NCBI RefSeq assembly: GCF_028464065.1 | Contig: NZ_CP116808.1 | Span: forward strand, 943,886 to 1,007,885 | DNA length: 64,000 nt | From: Saprospira sp. CCB-QB6 | Lineage (GTDB): Bacteria; Bacteroidota; Bacteroidia; Chitinophagales; Saprospiraceae | Direction: 5' to 3' | Shown: positions 45,480-54,104 of the stretch, piece after piece | How positions within the stretch are numbered: the stretch's first letter is position 1 | Layout of the letters: every line of letters starts with the position of its first letter | The notes under the pieces: model-generated | The model's input: only the letters and a program-made list of their open reading frames with translations | Told to the model about the DNA's origin: nothing | Database searches by the model: none | Made by a program: the position numbers and the translations under genes

Positions 45480-46583
45480 CTATTTTTGCTTTTTTTTCGC
45501 CACCAACTCATCAAAAAAGGCCAGATAGCGCTCCTTTTGGGCCACTACAGCATACTCTTCTAACACGCTTTGACGCCCTGCCTTGCCCAACTTTTCCCGC
45601 AACCCAGACGATTCGATCAAAGCCGAAAGCTGCTCAAACCACTCCTCTTCATTAGCGGCCAAAAAGCCATTAACCCCAGACTTAATAATCTCGGTATTTA
45701 CCCCCACAGCCGACATCACCGCAGGCAAGCCCAAAGCCATATATTGCAAGCCTTTCAGGCCACATTTGCCCTTGGTCCACTCATCGGTGGGCAAAGGCAT
45801 TAACCCAATGTCTAGCTCCACCAATTGCTCAATCTCATCGGCCTCGGTCCAAGCCACTCCCTGAATATCCAACTCAGGCAAGCGATAATTGGCATCTCCA
45901 ATCAACTTAAAGTAAATCTTATCCCCATATTTTTCTTTCAAACGGCGCAAAACAGGCAACAACTGCTCAAAATACTGCACCGTAGAAAAACTGCCCGTCC
46001 AACCAATACAAACTGGCGCATCTGCTGCTTTGGCAGGCTTAAATTTAGGATGATGCCGCTCCTCATCCACAGTTGTCGGCAACACCTTTACACACTCATT
46101 ATATTGCTTGGCATAATCAGCCAAATAGCGATTTCCCGCAAAAACCATATCCGCCAAAGCAATCAATTCCGCTGTTTTGTTCGCATTTTTCAAAAAGCCC
46201 AAAGCCTTATTGTTCGCCGACACATTTTGCAGCCAAATAGAATCATCAAAGTCAAACACCAAAGGCGCCCGCTTAGCAAAACGCCGCTCAAAAAAAGAAG
46301 TCCCTAACATAAAGGCCTCCCGCTGCACATATATCAAATCAAATCGCTTGGCCCAAGCTGAAGAAGCCCGCCAAAGCCGCCAAACACTCTTCAACAAAAC
46401 CTTCATTTTGCCCAAATACTGCCCCGCCCCATAAAAGACAGGATCATCCTCCGCCTCTATCAAATAACAGAGCTCATACTCATAGCCATTCTCCTGCAAA
46501 AAATCTAAATATTGCTCGTAGCGAAAACGCTGAGAAGGAGAGCGATTTGGCCGATGCAAGGCCACAAAAAGAATCCGTTTCAT
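45480..46583 (-). CDS. glycosyltransferase family 4
   Basis: GLPAVMSAVGVNTEIIKSGVNGFL is a GT4 C-terminal domain motif. Length is 367 aa. Confidence 0.75.
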   Translation of the reverse strand: MKRILFVALHRPNRSPSQRFRYEQYLDFLQENGYEYELCYLIEAEDDPVFYGAGQYLGKMKVLLKSVWRLWRASSAWAKRFDLIYVQREAFMLGTSFFERRFAKRAPLVFDFDDSIWLQNVSANNKALGFLKNANKTAELIALADMVFAGNRYLADYAKQYNECVKVLPTTVDEERHHPKFKPAKAADAPVCIGWTGSFSTVQYFEQLLPVLRRLKEKYGDKIYFKLIGDANYRLPELDIQGVAWTEADEIEQLVELDIGLMPLPTDEWTKGKCGLKGLQYMALGLPAVMSAVGVNTEIIKSGVNGFLAANEEEWFEQLSALIESSGLREKLGKAGRQSVLEEYAVVAQKERYLAFFDELVAKKKQK

Positions 46584-46603
46584 ACTATATTTTAGCCTAT
46601 TGT

Positions 46604-46775
46604 TTTTTGGGGCTGCCCCCTCAGTGCCTTCGGGGTCGGGCTGTTTCGCAGCTCGCTATTCGCTCGGCCCTGCGGGCTTTTTCGCTTCGCTTCAAAAGCC
46701 CTGGGTCTGGCGCTTCGCGCCACTGCTATCCATCCCTCAGCCGGCTCGCTTCGCTCGCCTCTGCCGCAGAAAATC
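46604..46775. repeat. REP/MITE-like element (forward, type 1 variant)
   Basis: It starts TTTTTTGGGGCTGCCCCCTCAG and contains CGCAGCTCGCTATTCGCTCGGCCCTGC. Confidence 0.7.
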
Positions 46776-46907
46776 AATGCTCTTGTTAAAAATCGACCAA
46801 AAGTAAGACTTAATCAATTCATTTAAAAATAGCTGATTAGGATTAGTTTTCTGTCTCACCCCAAAATACAACTTCCTGTTTTTATTTGCAAAAATATATG
46901 CAACTAT

Positions 46908-46937
46908 TTGTTTTTAAACAGATTTGTTTTAGATTTG
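46908..46937 (+). promoter_or_regulatory. Bacteroidetes-type promoter candidate for S24 repressor gene
   Basis: TTG at 46908-46910 and TAgaTTTG at 46930-46937 are 19 bp apart, about 47 bp upstream of the start codon. Confidence 0.3.
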
Positions 46938-46983
46938 TAGGGCAAGGGGACTTGTTCCTCCTCTGCTAGCCAAATTATCCGCT

Positions 46984-47724
46984 ATGAAAAACCAAAAAAA
47001 GGAGAAGCGTTTAGCTATGAATCGTCGTTTCATCAAAGCTTTTCAAGCTTTAGAGGAAAAAGGAGATATTGTACCCAATAGCCACGATAAAGGAATGACC
47101 AAACTGTCTTTGCTCTTTTGGGATAAAAAAGGAAATGGACACTTAGTCAGAGCTTTTCTCAACCCTCAAAGCAGCCGCTCTATCGATTTTGATAAAGCCA
47201 GCCGGTTTTGCGAGGAGTTTGGCGTCAATAAAGATTATTTGCTACAAGGCAAAGGCCCCATGTTTGGCGAAGAGGAAGTACCCGCCTTTGCCAATGGCGA
47301 ACTAGCCTCTGACTATGGACATGGCTCACAGATTCTTTACTCTAGCCAAGCCGCCTTTGCTAGCTCAGCCCTAGGTATCGAATCTTATGAAGAAGGCCAA
47401 TATTTTAGCCTACCCGGCCTCTCTCAAGGCGATTATGTGGCCTTTACGATTAGTGGAGATTCTATGCAACCCACGCTCAGCACTGGCGACCTAGTAATCT
47501 GCCGCCCCCTAGAAGAAATCGAAAGAGTCCAAGAAAATGAGGTTTATGCCATTGTGAGTAGCCATGGCGTACAAGTCAAACGCATACAAAAGGTCTTTAA
47601 TAAAGGTCGCCTCACCCATCTCAAACTAATTTCTGATAACTACCTAGAACATGACCCTTTTATGGTCGAACTAGCCGAGGTGCGCAAAATCATGAAGGTA
47701 GACCGAAAGGTTACCGCCCTCTAA
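46984..47724 (+). CDS. HTH / S24 peptidase-family transcriptional repressor (LexA / phage CI-like)
   Basis: The C-terminus FTISGDSMQPTLSTGDLVICRP...VYAIVSSHGVQVKRI carries the S24 Ser/Lys dyad context. It has an N-terminal HTH-like segment. Confidence 0.65.
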   Translation: MKNQKKEKRLAMNRRFIKAFQALEEKGDIVPNSHDKGMTKLSLLFWDKKGNGHLVRAFLNPQSSRSIDFDKASRFCEEFGVNKDYLLQGKGPMFGEEEVPAFANGELASDYGHGSQILYSSQAAFASSALGIESYEEGQYFSLPGLSQGDYVAFTISGDSMQPTLSTGDLVICRPLEEIERVQENEVYAIVSSHGVQVKRIQKVFNKGRLTHLKLISDNYLEHDPFMVELAEVRKIMKVDRKVTAL

Positions 47725-47776
47725 ACAGCTACCCGCTCTTCCAAAAATACTGCTTACAAACAATTTATACCAGCCG

Positions 47777-47806
47777 CCCCTTAGCCTAAGCTAAGGGGCT
47801 TTTTTA
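47777..47806 (+). terminator. rho-independent terminator after S24 repressor gene
   Basis: CCCCTTAGC-CTAA-GCTAAGGGG is followed by CTTTTTT. Confidence 0.7.
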
Positions 47807-47859
47807 TGCCCCTCCCCCTTTTTTAGCTCCTCTAAATAAAGAATATAGGTCCCTCAACC

Positions 47860-48260
47860 CCATAATCGACCTTCGTAGCCCCCTTATTATACGTTCTGAA
47901 CTCCACTGAATAGGTTCTATAACTCCATAATAGACGTTCTGAACCTCATTAGATAGGTTCTATACCCCCATAATAGACCTTAATGCCCCCCCCTATTATA
48001 CGTTCCGAACTGCACTGAATAGGTCCTCCTACTCCATAATAGACGTTCTGACCCCCATCAAAGAGGTTTCCCAACCCCAAAATAGACGTCCTTGGACGTC
48101 TATTATAAGATCCAGAACGTCTATCATGAACTTGCATAACCTACCTTGTGGACTTTTACAACGTCTATCGTAGACTTCCATAACCTATCCAATGGACTTC
48201 AGAACGATAGAGAAGCAGTAAAAGGGCCTATATGAAAGACTTCTACGACCTATATGATCT
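47860..48260. repeat. degenerate tandem array / motif cluster (core ATAGACGTTCTGAAC, both orientations; perfect palindrome at 48079-48102)
   Basis: Forward copies occur near 47926, 48026 and 48079, with variants near 47862, 47890, 47969 and 47988. Reverse copies occur near 48102, 48113 and 48161. The unit spacing is about 43 bp with no spacers. Confidence 0.6.
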
Positions 48261-48305
48261 ATTCTCGAACGACTGAATAGGACTTGAGTAAGGGCCATTC
48301 TGTAC

Positions 48306-48655
48306 TAAAAACTTATAATTCTGCCCAAATGCCCCCATTCCCTAAGGAATCCCGTAGAGGGGCGGGTGGGCGGGGATATATTGACGAATGAGGAGCGAAG
48401 CGACGAATACCACTTTTGCGAAGGCCTGCAAGGCCGCTGAATACTACGCTCTAGCCAAAAAAATAGCCCAGAGAATTAGCTTAGCCCAAAGTATAGGCCC
48501 AGCGCTGCGGAGAACCGTTTCGGTAGGTTAAAACCCACCGCAAAAATGGTATCGCTTTGCGATTATATATGAATGAGGGTTGAAACCCTCATTAAATTTA
48601 GCGGCGCAGCATAGCGGCGGCCAGCTTGCTGGCCGCGGGCCCCAAAACAACTCCC
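48306..48655. repeat. composite REP-like element (reverse-complement relative of 25252-25500) carrying nested GGTT..AACC hairpins
   Basis: It has the GGGAATCCC...CGGGTGGGCGGGG segment and ends GGCCGCGGGCCCCAAAA. Hairpins lie at 48521-48540 and 48572-48593. Confidence 0.65.
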
Positions 48656-48728
48656 CTATTCAATTAAAATGAAGACAGCTCAAAACTTTTTTCCTAAATT
48701 GTTTTTCTAAGATCAAAGAATCAATGAA

Positions 48729-49631
48729 ATGTTAAAAGTTGCTTTTTCGCCCATTTACCGCTATGAGCTGCCCCAAAGCCACCGCTTTCCCATGATCAAA
48801 TATGATTTGTTGGCTCAGCAGCTCATTTATGAGGGTTGTTTAGAAGAAGAGAATTTTTTTCAGCCCGCCCCCATTGCCGAAGAATGGATTTTGCGCACAC
48901 ATAGCAAAGATTATTGGGACTCCCTAAAAGAGCAAACGATCTCAGCCAAAGCCGCCCGTAAAATTGGCTTTCCCATGTCCGACAAATTGGTCCAACGCTC
49001 TAAAGTAATTGCCCAAGGGACCATTGATTGCTGCCTAGCAGCCCAAGAACACGGAGTTTCTCTCAATATTGCAGGCGGCACGCATCATGCCTATGCCGGA
49101 CATGGAGAAGGCTTTTGTCTACTCAACGACTTTGCTATTGCCGCCAATTACCTCTTAGACCAAGGCCTGGCGCAGCAAATTCTCATTGTCGATTTGGATG
49201 TGCATCAAGGCAATGGCAGCGCTAAAATCTTCGAAAATGAGCCTAGGGTCTTTACCTTTTCTATGCATGCGGCGGCCAACTATCCTTTTCAAAAAGAGCG
49301 ATCGGACCTAGATATTGCCTTGCCCGACCTCATGGATGATGGCCCTTATTTGCAGGTTTTAGCCGATTATTTACCCACCTTACTCGAAAGTCTACGGCCA
49401 GATATTGTCCTTTATCTCTCTGGCGTGGATGTCTTGGCCTCTGATAAATTGGGCCGCCTAGGCCTAAGCTTAAACGCCTGTGCTCAGCGAGACCAATTTG
49501 TTTTTAACTGCTGCCAAAAGGCGGGAATTCCCGTAGCAGTCAGTATGGGCGGTGGCTATTCACCCCAATTACGCTATATTATTGAAGCCCACGCCAATAC
49601 CTACCGAATGGCCCAAAAAATTTACAGCTAA
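48729..49631 (+). CDS. histone deacetylase-family protein (AcuC/acetylpolyamine amidohydrolase-like)
   Basis: GGTHHAYAGHGEGFCLLNDFAIA and IVDLDVHQGNGS are HDAC active-site motifs. Confidence 0.75.
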   Translation: MLKVAFSPIYRYELPQSHRFPMIKYDLLAQQLIYEGCLEEENFFQPAPIAEEWILRTHSKDYWDSLKEQTISAKAARKIGFPMSDKLVQRSKVIAQGTIDCCLAAQEHGVSLNIAGGTHHAYAGHGEGFCLLNDFAIAANYLLDQGLAQQILIVDLDVHQGNGSAKIFENEPRVFTFSMHAAANYPFQKERSDLDIALPDLMDDGPYLQVLADYLPTLLESLRPDIVLYLSGVDVLASDKLGRLGLSLNACAQRDQFVFNCCQKAGIPVAVSMGGGYSPQLRYIIEAHANTYRMAQKIYS

Positions 49632-51116
49632 ATGAACAAACAAAAAATTGCAATCATTGGCGCCGGCATTGGCGGCATTGGGGCCGCAGTACGCCTAGCC
49701 GCCGCTGGCCATACCGTAGAAGTCTTTGAGGCCAATAGTTACCCCGGCGGAAAACTCTCTAACTTAGAAGTAGGAAAGTACCGCTTTGATGCTGGTCCCA
49801 GCCTTTTTACCATGCCCCAATATGTAGAAGAACTCTTTGCCTTAGCCGGCGAAAATCCCAAAGATTTCGGCTTTGATTACCATCGTCTAGATACCGTCTG
49901 TAAATATTTTTGGGAAGATGGGCAGTCTATATCCGCCTATGCCGATCTCCATAAATATGGCCAAGAAGTAGAAGAAAAATTGGGCTTTCCCGCCCAAGCA
50001 CTTAAAGATTATTTAGCCTGGGCCCGTTTTCGATACGAAACTACCGCCCCTATTTTCCTTGAGCATTCGCTGCACCGACTCAGCACTTATTTGCGCTGGA
50101 AAACCTTTAAAGGGGTGCTAGCCATGCCTTGGCTGGGGCTGCATCGCTCTTTGGACCAAGAGAATAGAAAGCACCTAAAACAACATCCCAAAATGGTCCA
50201 ACTCTTTAATCGCTATGCGACTTATAATGGCTCTAGTCCCTATAAAACACCAGGTATCATGAGCCTGATCCCCCACTTGGAACAGGGCTTTGGTGCCTTT
50301 ATGCCCAAAGGCGGCATGAAAGAAATCAGCCATTCGCTGGTTCGCTTGGCCGAACATTTAGGCGTAAAATTTCATTATGAGCAGAAAGTAGAGGAGATTT
50401 TGGTCCAAAACAAAGCCGTAAAAGGCATCCGAATTGGCCAAAAAGAACTAGCCTTCAATCAAGTCGTTTGCAATATGGATGTCTTTTTTGCCTACGATCG
50501 CCTGCTGCCCAAACAGCCCAGACCTAAGCGCATTTTGGAACAACCCAAGTCCTCTTCTGCCCTTATTTTTTATTGGGGAATGGACCAAAGTTTTCCCGAA
50601 CTAGATGTGCACAACATCTTTTTTAGCGACAATTATCCTGAAGAGTTCCGCCAACTATTTGAGGAAAAAAACCTTTATGAAGATCCTACGGTCTACATTC
50701 ACATCAGCTCCAAAATTGAACAAACCGATGCCCCCTTGGGCCATGAAAATTGGTTTGTGATGATCAATGCCCCTCAACTCGATGGCCAAGATTGGGAGGA
50801 CTTAATTGCCCAAAGCAAAAAGCGGATTATTCAAAAGCTAGAGCGTGTCCTGGGCCGCCCCATTCAACCCCATATTGTCGAAGAAGAGCTGCTTTCCCCA
50901 GTCCTAATTCAAGAAAAAACCCAATCACATTTGGGCTCTCTATATGGCACTTCCTCCAATAATAGCATGGCGGCTTTTTTCCGCCATCCCAACTTTTCTC
51001 GACAGCTATCGGGCCTCTATTTTGTGGGCGGCAGCGTGCATCCTGGGGGCGGCATTCCCCTGGCCCTTTTATCGGCCAAAGTGGCCACAGAAGATCTCAT
51101 CAAAAACCTAAAATAG
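49632..51116 (+). CDS. phytoene desaturase-family FAD oxidoreductase (CrtI/CrtD-like)
   Basis: IAIIGAGIGGIGAAVRLAAAGHTVEVFEANSYPGGK is the FAD-binding GxGxxG fold. The start codon abuts the HDAC stop (TAAATG). Confidence 0.75.
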   Translation: MNKQKIAIIGAGIGGIGAAVRLAAAGHTVEVFEANSYPGGKLSNLEVGKYRFDAGPSLFTMPQYVEELFALAGENPKDFGFDYHRLDTVCKYFWEDGQSISAYADLHKYGQEVEEKLGFPAQALKDYLAWARFRYETTAPIFLEHSLHRLSTYLRWKTFKGVLAMPWLGLHRSLDQENRKHLKQHPKMVQLFNRYATYNGSSPYKTPGIMSLIPHLEQGFGAFMPKGGMKEISHSLVRLAEHLGVKFHYEQKVEEILVQNKAVKGIRIGQKELAFNQVVCNMDVFFAYDRLLPKQPRPKRILEQPKSSSALIFYWGMDQSFPELDVHNIFFSDNYPEEFRQLFEEKNLYEDPTVYIHISSKIEQTDAPLGHENWFVMINAPQLDGQDWEDLIAQSKKRIIQKLERVLGRPIQPHIVEEELLSPVLIQEKTQSHLGSLYGTSSNNSMAAFFRHPNFSRQLSGLYFVGGSVHPGGGIPLALLSAKVATEDLIKNLK

Positions 51117-51785
51117 ATGTCCTTAAGCTATTCGCAAAAGCAAAACTGGGTACTCATTCTACTCTGCTGCCTCTATGCCGTGGGCTTGGTGGGCGTCAGT
51201 TGGCCCTTGCATCCCGAATTTATGCGGCTCACGCCCCTCAACTTATTAACAACTTTTGGCCTCTGCCTTTGGGCCGAAAAACAACATGACAAACGATTGT
51301 ATTTGGCCCTTTTTGCGGTCTATTGGGGCGGCTGGTTTTTAGAATTGGCGGGCGTACAAACGGGCCTCATCTTCGGAGAATATAGCTATGGCGCCACTTT
51401 AGGCCCTCAGTTGGGCGGCACGCCTTTCATGATCGGCCTCAATTGGGCCATGCTAGTCTACGCCTCTAGTTCAATCATTCTGCGCTTTTTTTCCAGCAGC
51501 CCGCTTTGGCTGCGCAGCCTGCTGGGCGCCAGCCTCATGGTCATTCTCGACCTCTTTATTGAGCCCGCCGCGGTCCGTTACGATATGTGGAGTTGGGGCA
51601 ATCCCCCCTACAACAGCCTACTGGTGGCTCCTTGGCAAAATTACGCCGTTTGGTGGCTGGCCGCCTTTGGACTACAACTCTTTTTCGGCCATTTTTTGGG
51701 GCCTAGACGCAACCCCGCCCTTGAATTTTTGTTTCTTTGGCAGTTCGTTTTCTTTCTCTGGATCTACCTCTTTTTATTGATGTAG
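51117..51785 (+). CDS. membrane protein, putative carotenoid-biosynthesis protein (DUF422-like)
   Basis: It is polytopic and lies directly between the crtI-family and crtZ genes. Confidence 0.4.
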   Translation: MSLSYSQKQNWVLILLCCLYAVGLVGVSWPLHPEFMRLTPLNLLTTFGLCLWAEKQHDKRLYLALFAVYWGGWFLELAGVQTGLIFGEYSYGATLGPQLGGTPFMIGLNWAMLVYASSSIILRFFSSSPLWLRSLLGASLMVILDLFIEPAAVRYDMWSWGNPPYNSLLVAPWQNYAVWWLAAFGLQLFFGHFLGPRRNPALEFLFLWQFVFFLWIYLFLLM

Positions 51786-51790
51786 TTCTT

Positions 51791-51940
51791 TTTTTGGGGC
51801 TGCCCCTCGCCTATTGGCTCGGGTCGGGCTGTGTCGTGGCTCGCAGGTCTGCTCGGCCCTGCGGCGCAAAGCGCCTGGGTCTGCGGCTTCGCCGCCCCAC
51901 TTTCCATCCCTCAGCCATAGCGGGCTTCGCCCGCTTTTGA
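51791..51940. repeat. REP/MITE-like element (forward, type 1) inserted between carotenoid genes
   Basis: It starts TTTTTTTGGGGCTGCCCCTCGCC and contains GGCTCGCAGGTCTGCTCGGCCCTGCGG. Confidence 0.75.
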
Positions 51941-51976
51941 ACCAGATAATTTCCACTTTCTCATAATACCTTTAGT

Positions 51977-52441
51977 ATGCAGATTTTACTCTATACCTTA
52001 ATTACGCTTGCTAGCGTCATAGCCATGGAATTTGTGGCCTGGCTGGCCCATAAATATATTATGCACGGCCTCTTATGGATTTGGCACGAAGATCACCATA
52101 AACCTCATGAGGTAGAGGGCTTTTTTGAGAAAAACGATCTCTTTTTTTTGGTCTTTGCGGTCCCTAGTGCCTCCTCTTATATTATTGGCTCGGCAGTACC
52201 AGGCTATTTCCCCCTCTTTTTTGTGGGCGTAGGCATTTCCATTTATGGGCTGATCTATTTCCTGATCCATGACGTATATATACACCAACGCTTCAAATGG
52301 TTTAAACAATTGGATGGCTGGTATTCTAGAGGGATTTTGCGCGCTCATGGTGCTCATCATGCCAAACAAGAAAAAGAGGATGGCGTTTCTTTTGGCCTCT
52401 TGCTGGTCCACCCCAAATATTTTCGCAAAAAAAAGAAGTAA
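51977..52441 (+). CDS. crtZ: beta-carotene hydroxylase (fatty-acid hydroxylase superfamily)
   Basis: The histidine boxes HEDHHKPH, HDVYIHQR and HGAHH are present. Length is 154 aa. Confidence 0.8.
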   Translation: MQILLYTLITLASVIAMEFVAWLAHKYIMHGLLWIWHEDHHKPHEVEGFFEKNDLFFLVFAVPSASSYIIGSAVPGYFPLFFVGVGISIYGLIYFLIHDVYIHQRFKWFKQLDGWYSRGILRAHGAHHAKQEKEDGVSFGLLLVHPKYFRKKKK

Positions 52442-52442
52442 T

Positions 52443-52967
52443 ATGCCTTGGATAATCTGTTTTCTTATCGCTTTTGGCCTTAGCTTAACAAGCTGTGGCA
52501 CGGCTGTCAAAGGCCAAGAATCTAGTACCACAGCCAAAGACAGCCTGATTAACCCCAAACTTATTTTTGATGGCTCCCCTATCGAAAAGTCGGAGGAAGA
52601 ATGGCAAAACCAACTGACCGACTTAGAGTATAAAATCCTTCGCCAAAAAGGGACCGAGCGCGCCTTTACTGGCGCCCTACTCGATAATAAAAAGGAAGGA
52701 ACCTATTGCTGTAAGGCTTGTGCCCTTCCGCTCTTTAAATCAGCCCATAAGTTTGATTCGGGCTCGGGCTGGCCCAGCTTCTGGGATATTTTCCACCCTA
52801 AAAATATTGAGGCCCAAGAAGAATATGGCTGGACGGGCAAGCAAATCGAAATTCATTGTCCCCGCTGCCAAAGCCATTTGGGCCATGTCTTTGACGATGG
52901 GCCAGAACCAACTGGCCTGCGCTATTGTATTAACTCGGCCTGCCTGCAGTTTAGTGAAAAGAAATAA
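52443..52967 (+). CDS. msrB: peptide-methionine (R)-S-oxide reductase MsrB, lipoprotein form
   Basis: The Zn-binding CxxC pairs are CCKAC and CPRC. The catalytic region is GWPSF...HLGHVFDDGP. It has a lipoprotein signal LTSC. The start is 1 nt after the crtZ stop. Confidence 0.8.
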   Translation: MPWIICFLIAFGLSLTSCGTAVKGQESSTTAKDSLINPKLIFDGSPIEKSEEEWQNQLTDLEYKILRQKGTERAFTGALLDNKKEGTYCCKACALPLFKSAHKFDSGSGWPSFWDIFHPKNIEAQEEYGWTGKQIEIHCPRCQSHLGHVFDDGPEPTGLRYCINSACLQFSEKK

Positions 52968-52983
52968 GTACAACAAAAAATGC

Positions 52984-53020
52984 CGCTCCTTTCAGGAGCG
53001 GCATTTTTTTATACCTCTAT
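52984..53020 (+). terminator. rho-independent terminator after msrB
   Basis: ATGCCGCTCCT-TTC-AGGAGCGGCAT is followed by TTTTTTT. Confidence 0.8.
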
Positions 53021-53196
53021 CCTAATATACTCTAAAAAGACAATTTCCTAATCAAACAAAAACTCCTCAAACATACTTTATCAACAACACTTTCATACAA
53101 AAGAATACAACTAATATTAAATACAAAGCTACCTTCGCAAAAATCATCAAATCCTTAAATTTTAAATTATGAGATCCTTTTTTTCTATTAACATTT

Positions 53197-53931
53197 ATGT
53201 TGTTCGTTCATTATAGCTATGCACAATGGACACTTTTAGGATCCCCTATCAATGGAGATGCTGCAGGAGACAATGGCAATGGCACTGATGCAGGACATGT
53301 TCGTGTTTACAAATGGAATGACGCTAGCGCTAACTGGCAACAAGTTGGTAGCGATATTGATGGTGAAGCTGCTTCAGATTTTTCTGGACGCTCGGTTAGC
53401 CTTAATTATGATGGAAGCCATGTCGCTATCGGCAGTACTGAAAACGATGATAATGGTAGTGATGCCGGACATGTTCGCGTTTTTGAATGGAGTGGTTCTA
53501 GCTGGAGTCAAATTAGTGGTAGCATTGTAGGTGATACTACTAAAGATTTTTCAGGAAACTCTGTTGCCTTAGACTCTTTGGGCACAACAGTAGCCATTTC
53601 ATCTACAGGAAATGACGCTAACGGCACAGATGCGGGACGTACTCGTGTTTTCCAATACGTTCCAGAACGTCCTAGTGCGACAACTCCCTTGGTAGGAAAC
53701 AACAACATTAAAATCTATCCCCAACCGGCTACTTCTTTTATCAATATTGAAGCAGAAGGTCTTGAAGCCATTTACCTTTACAACCATTTGGGCCAACTGT
53801 TGAAAATGCAAACTTTACAGTCGGCTACTAATGTGTATCAGTTAGAGCTTCAAAATTACCCTGCTGCTGTTTATTATATTACGATCCTAAGCAAAGAGGG
53901 TAAATATAGCCAAAAGGTCATTTTGAGATAG
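53197..53931 (+). CDS. FG-GAP-like repeat protein with T9SS C-terminal sorting domain; N-terminus disrupted by a frameshift (possible pseudogene)
   Basis: The repeats have the form GTDAGHVRV(F/Y)EW..S.W.Q.G.DIDGEAA.DFSG.SV. The C-terminus KIYPQPATSFINIEAEG...KVILR is a Por_Secre_tail. An upstream ATG at 53169 is out of frame relative to the paralog's signal peptide, because of a 1-nt deletion. Confidence 0.5.
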   Translation: MLFVHYSYAQWTLLGSPINGDAAGDNGNGTDAGHVRVYKWNDASANWQQVGSDIDGEAASDFSGRSVSLNYDGSHVAIGSTENDDNGSDAGHVRVFEWSGSSWSQISGSIVGDTTKDFSGNSVALDSLGTTVAISSTGNDANGTDAGRTRVFQYVPERPSATTPLVGNNNIKIYPQPATSFINIEAEGLEAIYLYNHLGQLLKMQTLQSATNVYQLELQNYPAAVYYITILSKEGKYSQKVILR

Positions 53932-54104
53932 TTTTCAAATATTTACTCAAAGTAAGTTCCCCCTTTGTACACCAATTATAGGCAAAGAGTCATCTCCTTT
54001 TGGGGTTGGCTCTTTATTTTTTTTATTCAATTAACTATAAATGCAGGCAATAGCATATAAATGTGCTTATATTTGCGTCAAATATCACTTTAAAAAACCA
54101 CAAG

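Noticed and set aside
47860-48260. Possible CRISPR array
   Set aside because: The repeat units are contiguous and degenerate with no unique spacers. No cas genes lie nearby. Motif copies occur in both orientations.
46984-48300. Prophage remnant signalled by the CI/LexA-like S24 repressor
   Set aside because: No integrase, terminase, capsid or other phage genes lie within the flanking 10 kb. The neighbours are a glycosyltransferase and HDAC/carotenoid genes. The repressor may simply be a chromosomal regulator.
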